Origin: Octopus sinensis
Lineage: Eukaryota
DNA length: 64,000 nt
Direction of reading: 5' to 3'
NCBI RefSeq assembly: GCF_006345805.1
Contig: NC_043003.1
Coordinates: forward strand, 74,524,001 to 74,588,000
Shown: piece by piece, positions 52,927 to 64,000 of the stretch
Numbering within the stretch: the first letter of the stretch is position 1
How the letters are laid out: each line of letters starts with the position of its first letter
Program-made: the position numbers and the translations under genes
The notes under the pieces: generated by a model
Database searches by the model: none
Told to the model about the DNA's origin: nothing
The model's input: only the letters and a program-made list of their open reading frames with translations

Positions 52927-53897
52927 GAACACTCAGAGAGCGCAAGCCTCCGCCAAGGTAATACCAACTTCTTCTCAAAGATTAGCCGGTGATGATTTTT
53001 AAAATGACAATAACTGCTCTCACAAACGAGAATACTGAAAATGAACCCTACCGCTCTCAAAAATTAAGTAAAAGAACGGAAAAATAATCCAGAATCCTTG
53101 TCCGGTACCTGATCGATCCCAAAGGTAGTCATAGAATGTGAAGGTGGGCGTACGGGTCGTGTTTCTAATGCTGTGTCTGTGCCGTCTGCAGTGGGAACAT
53201 GGACAGTTTTCTCACTGTTAGCGTTTCTTTACGACCATTAAGGTCTAGAGTGAAAACTTTAACCGTGTGTAAAAGAAAACGGAAAGGACCTTCATGCAGA
53301 GCTGTTAGTGGAATTTTAACAACATCGTTGCGCACAAAAACGTGAGTTTAAGAAGTAAAGCTTCCTTCAAGGCAAAGCTAAAAATGCAATTGTCAGGTAG
53401 GTAAGATGTTTTAAACAGGAACGATATATTCAAAATCGGTCAAACTAAAAACTGTCGAGGATAAATTTATTATTGTTACTATATATCTTGTTTGCTTACG
53501 TAGTTTGAATTCTTTATCCATCAGTTTCTGCTAAGATAGAGAGGCGAATAAAATTGAAAACTGAGAAACGAATGTAAAACTTTGGAAATAGCAACGCCGC
53601 CATAACTTACGTGTATACCATGAACGTGTTTTCAAGAGAAATAATCAGAGAAAGACTTGAAATTTAACGTAAGATCGTAATACATCTTGTAAAATAACTA
53701 TAACAAATAATCCAGAATCATTTTCCGGTACTGGATCGATACTAAAATTTAATGAGTTCATGCCAGTCACGAAGGCCAAAGATCCCAGAAAATTCATCCG
53801 AATCCATCCAGCGGTTGATGAGATAACTTGTCCAAGACAAGCAAATAAACAAATGCAAATACAAACAATATCTCCGCTTTCGCTAAGGCGCAGGTAA
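52922..53897 (+). mobile_element. Non-autonomous Helentron/HINE-like element, interrupted
   Basis: 5' piece 52922-53123 with GCCTCCGCCAAGG; 3' piece 53705-53897 ending in a degenerate hairpin CTCCGC-TTTCGCTAAG-GCGCAG before (AAT)n; ~40 bp duplicated at the two junctions. Class assignment is inference. Confidence 0.5.
53124..53435 (-). pseudogene. Gypsy integrase C-terminal GPY/F fragment
   Basis: THVFVRNDVVKIPLTALHEGPFRFLLHTVKVFTLDLNGRKETLTVRKL (canonical HVFVR.D...PL..PY.GP..V..R..K.FT.D.NG...VS..RL). Confidence 0.78.
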
Positions 53898-53915
53898 TAA
53901 TAATAATAATAATAA

Positions 53916-54385
53916 CATGCAGTACCCTGATGCAATACCCTGCCCTGATGCTGTACTATGCCCTGATACAGTACTGATGACATGATGCAGTACCACACTT
54001 CCATGCAGTATAAGGCAGTGGACACCCATGGTTTGTTATCTTAGGTGTTTGGAAGTGTTGTCATGTAAATGTCTTGTCTTAATATAAATGATGTAATCAG
54101 CAAATATTCTAGTTAATACTACAGTCTTGCTTATCGGTTACTTGACCATAACAAGTTGAGCCTGTTACTTTGTGGCTGAAGATATATGCATCTCTGATCA
54201 CAATCAGAAGTAGTAAGGGAGCATCATAGTTATGTGTTGAGAGGAATTCTTTGGGGTTTAAATAATTAACCTCTGAAGAAAATTCTGAGCTGCAAAATCA
54301 TACGCTGTTTATCTTGGCTGCGGGGCATATTGGGCTTATTTGTACCCCAGTGTCACATTGGTGGCATGCATTGCTCTTTTACTCA
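53916..54385 (+). mobile_element. Decayed near full-length copy of the (AAT)n-flanked element
   Basis: Follows (AAT)n; AGGCAGTGG...GCATCTCTGATCAC...GGATTCTTTGGGG-like...CCCCAGTGTCAC..GGCATGCATTGCTC..ACTCAATAAT. Confidence 0.8.
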
Positions 54386-57225
54386 ATAATAAGAATCTTT
54401 TCTACTGTAGTCCATAACACTCGGAAATTTGAGACCTTGGGTTAGTCAATTATATAGATCACAGTGCTCGACTCTTATTTATTTTATTGAAACCAGAGGG
54501 ATTAAATGGTAATGTCGACTTCGACAGAATCTGAAGTCAGAACACAGTCGGAAGAAATGCCGCTGAGCATTGTGACCGTGGTGGTAATGATTCTGCCAGC
54601 TCAAAAACTATTTCAAATTATGTCAAAGGGCCAGCAATTTTAAGAGGGGTGGGTATGTCGATTACGTCTACCTGGTCATTCGAGTGGTACTTTATCGATT
54701 TTAAAGTCAGTTTCATTTGCTTGAAGGCAAACAGGAGATATTGTAGTAAAAGGAGAAGATAGCTAAAAATTTCATCGAATTTTCATAGAATGTCCAACTC
54801 GGCATCAGCCATATTATATATCACCACATGGTACTCAAAATCAATAAACGTCAGTTACTTTATGTGATACCACGTGGTATTACCATATCTAAACAACAGC
54901 ATCAACAAATGCATCTCACGTTTTTATCAGCATGTGGTTCGCAGTAGCTGATCGATTAAGAATGTAAGAATGAGTCTAAATATGCAATGAAGGAACGTCT
55001 TTGTGGAGACTGGATCCGCTAGAAACATCAGCGAAATCCTCTTACCGAATTCATGTTCCACCAACAGTAAAAATGGTTATACACTAACTGTTGCACCCGT
55101 TGACTCCTCAATGGTTTGAACAGTCATGGCTAGAATGTCTTTGATTGACGAGGCTGATCTCCAGCTAAATAACACAAAAAAGATCAATAATACTACCATT
55201 TCAGTCAACGACAACAATGTCGCATTTCATGTTTATTTTGGGGCTGTACTTGTTCAGTCCTCTGGGACACGTGATTGCGTAAATCAAACATAAAAGGCAT
55301 TGCTGCCATGCTATTCTGTCATTTCTTTTATAACTGTGATTAGATTGCGCAATGTATCTTTTACTTCTTTAGAGGTTAAGCATTGATTTCAAGGAACTTG
55401 GCTACTAGTTCAATCAGCTTAAATTACCACTCAAGATACATTCAGAAGTATGCGGTCCTCGTTTAATAACAAATGCTGTTAAATGCAATTGCCAGAATCC
55501 TTCTACACCATATTAACTTGTGCTTAGTTCTGCCATCCTACTAGACTCAACGCAATACCGTTCTGTGTATATTACTATATACACAATAGTAAACTACGTA
55601 AAAGTTTCAATTACGACAATAAGTAGAGTATACTTTATTCTATATTGTCTATTGTCGTATAACGCACTTTTTACACTACAGTAAAGTGTTAAAGCCTACA
55701 TTACAAATAGGTATTATGTACACTAGTGAAAAGTCAGCACAATCCTACAATAGGTCTAGTTATTATATATCTAATATATACGTAAAGTCTCGCATTAAAA
55801 ATGGGTATCATACAAATATATTATAGAAAAGCGTGTGTAGTCCTACAATATTATTAATTACCATATACAATTTAGTACAGACTGTGCGTTCTGCATTACT
55901 AGTAGGTGCAATACGCTGTACAGTAATTGCCATCGTAAGCCTACAAAATTACTAATATTTTGACATTCAAAATAGGCAAACTTTTACATGTACGTGCGCA
56001 GAAATAATATTCATATCTCGCTCTCTCATTTCCCTCGATCTAACTTGTAGCAAGTCATGTCCACCTTTTGTAAATCATTAATAAGATGATGTTATATAGA
56101 TATTTCGTTTCCAGCCGACATAGCTATTGTGATTCCAACCGAAGCCAAGTTATTTTGTCCTAAACAACACGTTCATTTTGATAATTTTCTTATTGATGTA
56201 TCTTATTTAAAAGATCTTTCTTATATTTTGCCATACGGAAATCAAATATGTCATTTGTTTTAACGTAAGAAACCTAACAAGAGCTAAATGATAATTTGGA
56301 ATGTTTAGATGAGTTGTCAATGTGGATATCAGCTTGCAACAACTTACGCGTCTACACATTAGTCAGCTGGTGACACTATCGCACTAGTTTCACCAAACGT
56401 GTATTATTTCTGTTCCTATGTTCCCCAACGCCTACAGACAACTCTGGCAGTGATTCCTATTCACAACGTTGTGCATTGCTTTTCTCTCAGTTTATTTATT
56501 TATTTAGTAAGTTAGTTACTGATGTAGTTAGTTATTGCCATCAACTTCTAATAACAACCGAAGTAACAGCAATTTCGTCAGTGTTCTTACAGTTTCTCTG
56601 AAAATTATACAATCAAATCATTAATGAATGATTAAATCACTCAAATCATTAATGATAAAAGTATTAAGTTCGAATGGTTGGGTTCATGGCATTCGTTGAT
56701 AATCTGGCCCCGCCTAAAGTTCTCCAATAACTATGTATAATTCCTCGTAGAACGAAGAATAAGAGAAAATGTGTTGCTTGAATACAATGCTACATCAACA
56801 AGCTGTCACACAGCTTATAATCAGAATTAGAGTCCCAGTTCAGTTATATGATAGGCCGCGGCAAATAATTGCCGAAAACTAAATATTCTCAGGGGATTTT
56901 ATACTTCTCGGTATCAGTGGGAATGATAGTATGGCACAATCAAAGATTTGTTGTGTCACGAAATGGGGAAAAATCATGATGCGTTGTTGAAACTTAGAAG
57001 AAACGGATCTAAAAATAAGCAACCCCAAATCTTATACAGTCTGTATTAGGAAAAGTAGTTCGCCATACAACACAATATGCTGCTCCGTATAATTCAAGAG
57101 AAAACTATAAAAACACTATAATGTCCAAAATGTTTCACAACATATGATTTCAGTATTAATCTGAGGGATGTCAACCACAATGCATTGTTATGTCTTGAAC
57201 GTTGAAAATCAGATCATATATTAGT

Positions 57226-57369
57226 CAGGGGCAAAATGTGACCCGCGGGAATTTCTGAAAAGCAAGCCAATATAATGTTTCTGCGAAATATTTGTAGTCG
57301 TGTGGCGCTCCTGATGACAAACAAAGGTTTCAATTGGGCCGCCTTTAGAGAAAGTTTATCAATGCCTGT
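57226..57369. mobile_element. Possible degenerate hAT-type MITE
   Basis: CAGGGGC..GACCCGCGGG start and GGCCGCC..AAAGTTT..TGCCTG end resemble hAT non-autonomous termini; no 8-bp TSD seen. Confidence 0.3.
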
Positions 57370-57619
57370 CCGCTCATTCCAATAACACTATGCTGCATTC
57401 TAGATTTAAATCATACAAAAATATTTACTCCACAAAATATACAGGTAACTTGAGTAAAATGCATTCAAAGAAAAAAAATCGAATAAAAACCAGTGCTTCA
57501 ACTATATATATATATATATATATTTACATACACCCCTGATAAGAACAACAAGGAATACAGTGTAGAAAATTCTTCATGTACATCTTAAAAATGAAATAAC
57601 ATAGTATGTGAAAAAAAAT

Positions 57620-57655
<36 letters not shown>

Positions 57656-58175
57656 ACTACTGCTATTCTTCTTTTCTTCTTCTTCTTCTATAGATGATGA
57701 TGATGCTTTTATAAATTGGTAGTCAAACAAATAAACTCACCACCAGTTTTATAAAACTATCAACATAGGCTTCTATTTATATATACATATATATGTACTT
57801 ACCATCACCTGTATCTCACAATAGTGCGCGCATGCACACACCGAGACAATATATAGAAATATGTAATCAAAAAAACCAGAAACGCTAATTCCATATAAAT
57901 AGAATATAGAACCCAGTGGTACAATGCACCGATTGATAGTGACTTCGAATTTTCATACGTTGGTAGACTTGTCGAAGAAATTTTTACCTCCTATGCGTCA
58001 ACGTGCCTATCTGTCTCTCTCAGTACACCCACCCACAAAACACACAAACATATATATATTACTCTCTGTATGTACTTATGTATATAAGTATATATATATA
58101 TATACAAAATGGCTAAAAAATATTTTTAAGAATCATATAAATACATATACCTACATTCATATATACATACATACA

Positions 58176-58246
<71 letters not shown>

Positions 58247-58603
58247 TATATATATATACATATAAGTATATGTGTATGTATGTATAGTTTTGTATCGTAT
58301 AAGTTTATTGTTTACTGTTCTCTTATTAGTAGAACAAGAATCAAAAATGATCCCTCGAGTTAGGGATAACTAACATTTACTAGGCACTAAATACCAGAGG
58401 CTAATGGCTTCATGCTGTAGAAAATTCGGCACATGTTTTGCCAGTCCAAGAAACCCAGGGAGGATTATAATTCCAGTACATTAATATACACGTTTCAAGT
58501 CATTCAGCTACCGCTCTTAGACTGTTCTCTCTTGCAAACCTGGTTATTTGAACATTCCTTGGCCTAAGAAATGATAGTTATGAAGAAAACGCGGATACTT
58601 ACG

Positions 58604-62700
<4,097 letters not shown>

Positions 62701-62744
62701 TTTAGGTATTTCAGGTAGTTGACTGTGACTACGCTGGGGCAGTG

Positions 62745-63110
62745 CCTTAAAGGATTTTAGACGAACGAATCGAACCAGGACTTACGTTTTAAGCCTAGAA
62801 CATATTCTATAACGTTATTTTGCCGAACCGCTAAGTTACATTGAGGTAAACACGCCAACACAGGTTGCCAAGCGGTGATGTGTAGGAGGTACAAGCACAG
62901 GCACAACTGCACATACACATAGATAAACACACACATACACACATATGTATACGACGAGGTTTTAGTTTCCGTCTACCAAATCCATTCACTAGTATTTGGT
63001 CGGTCCAAGGCTATAATAGAAGATACTTGCCCAACGTGGCATGCTGTGAAACTGAACCTACAACCACTTGGTTGGGAAGAAAGCTTCTTACCACGCAGCT
63101 ATGCCTGCGC
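62745..63110 (-). mobile_element. SINE family A copy
   Basis: CCGCTAAGTTAC..GTAAACAC..TTTCCGTCTACCAAATCC..GGGAAGAAAGCTTCTTACCACGCAGC. Confidence 0.8.
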
Positions 63111-63117
63111 CAATAAA

Positions 63118-64000
63118 TACAGCGTGTCCCAAAATTAAGACAACAAATATTTTTCAAATATGCCAAACCAAAGTATTGCTATATTTCGAGGCCGAGCGTT
63201 GTAATGCAATGTTAGAGGAATCACTACGACATTTATTCGATATGACCGCCTCTGTTTCGAATAACAACGTGAAGTCCAGCTGCGAATGCTTCATCTGAGG
63301 CACGCAGTTGTTCTTGCTGGACAGAAGCCCATTCTTGGCACAGTTTTGCCTTGAAAGTGTCGAACGAAGCATCAGGAGTGGACCAAACAGAAAAATTCAA
63401 TGGTTGAAGTCGGGGTTTCATGAGGGCCGTATATATCCTTGCCAATGAACGACCGAATGTTTTTTTTTCTGAATCCAGTGTTGTGTCTGTTTGGAGCAGT
63501 TGGACGGTGCCTAGTCCAGATAGAGGACCGAAGGTGTGCTTTGAAAGTGCTCATTAGCCTGTGGAATCAGTTCAGTTTCCAGAATATCGCTAATGAATCG
63601 CTGGATCTTGAAGGCACAAAAATGAGGCGAGATCTTCCAGTGGCTGCTACAGCCTCTCAAACCACTGACTGGATTTTGACGTCGATTTATGTGTCTGCCT
63701 CTGAAGGGAACGACTGGTCTTTGAGGAGGGATCCAAGATATGTATATATGTGGCTTCGTTTGATCTAATTCGCGATATTAAAAAAACACATTTCGGAGTA
63801 ATTGTGCAGTTAGTGTTTTCCCGATATGATAATTTTTTTCCCTGTCTAACGTAACAAAGTTTGCACAGCCTCACTACTGGGCCATGTACTCCATTTCATG
63901 TATTGTCGTGCGTGGTCTAGCCTGTGTGTGGATGATGTATGTTTAGGTAAAATTTGGTGTCTTTTGCTTACGAGTGGCTGCTGTTTGATATGAAGATAAG
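63118..64000 (-). mobile_element. Tc1/mariner superfamily remnant (maT/DD37D-like 3' part; Tc3-like segment at the window end)
   Basis: Terminus TACAGCGTGTCCCAAAA at 63118; minus strand SVV*EAVAATGRSRLIFVP, DILETELIP, D*APS, NIRSFIGKDI, PLNFSVWS, KAKLCQEWAS, VIRNRGGHIE; RLDHARQYMKW near 63900. Confidence 0.85.

Noticed and set aside
52282-53435. Tandem duplicated exons ending in CAG|GTAGGTAAG donors
   Set aside because: The minus strand encodes a gypsy GPY/F motif and the plus-strand frame has stops in the second copy; the donor-like word is incidental.

Overview
AT-rich, microsatellite-saturated eukaryotic DNA. The SINE families and repeat style look like an octopus/coleoid cephalopod genome (recognition from memory, not a database result). 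No host protein-coding gene, tRNA/rRNA gene or CRISPR array can be supported; nearly all long ORFs in the track are microsatellite translations or antisense shadows of transposon ORFs. The window is a transposon graveyard: two Ty3/gypsy elements (5.3-15.2 kb), Tx1/L1-like, CR1, RTE, R4/Dong-like and possibly Penelope non-LTR remnants, Tc1 and maT/mariner DNA transposons, and many SINEs. Main observation: the 5' LTR of the 7682-15209 gypsy provirus is split by two divergent ~1.65 kb ORF1-only (RRM + CCHC, Tx1/L1-like) elements. They sit head-to-tail at the same 15-bp site (GAGCTGTGTAAAGCC, present 3 times as target duplications and once, empty, in the 3' LTR), just downstream of the LTR TATA box. 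Their non-poly(A) 3' tail is shared with a Tx1-like ORF2 remnant and with an abundant SINE. Also notable: a ~490 bp foldback of two tRNA-headed elements each ending in a minimal hammerhead-ribozyme motif, and a non-autonomous element, linked to an R4/Dong-like RT, that is repeatedly found inside (AAT)n tracts. All alignments and identities are by eye and approximate.
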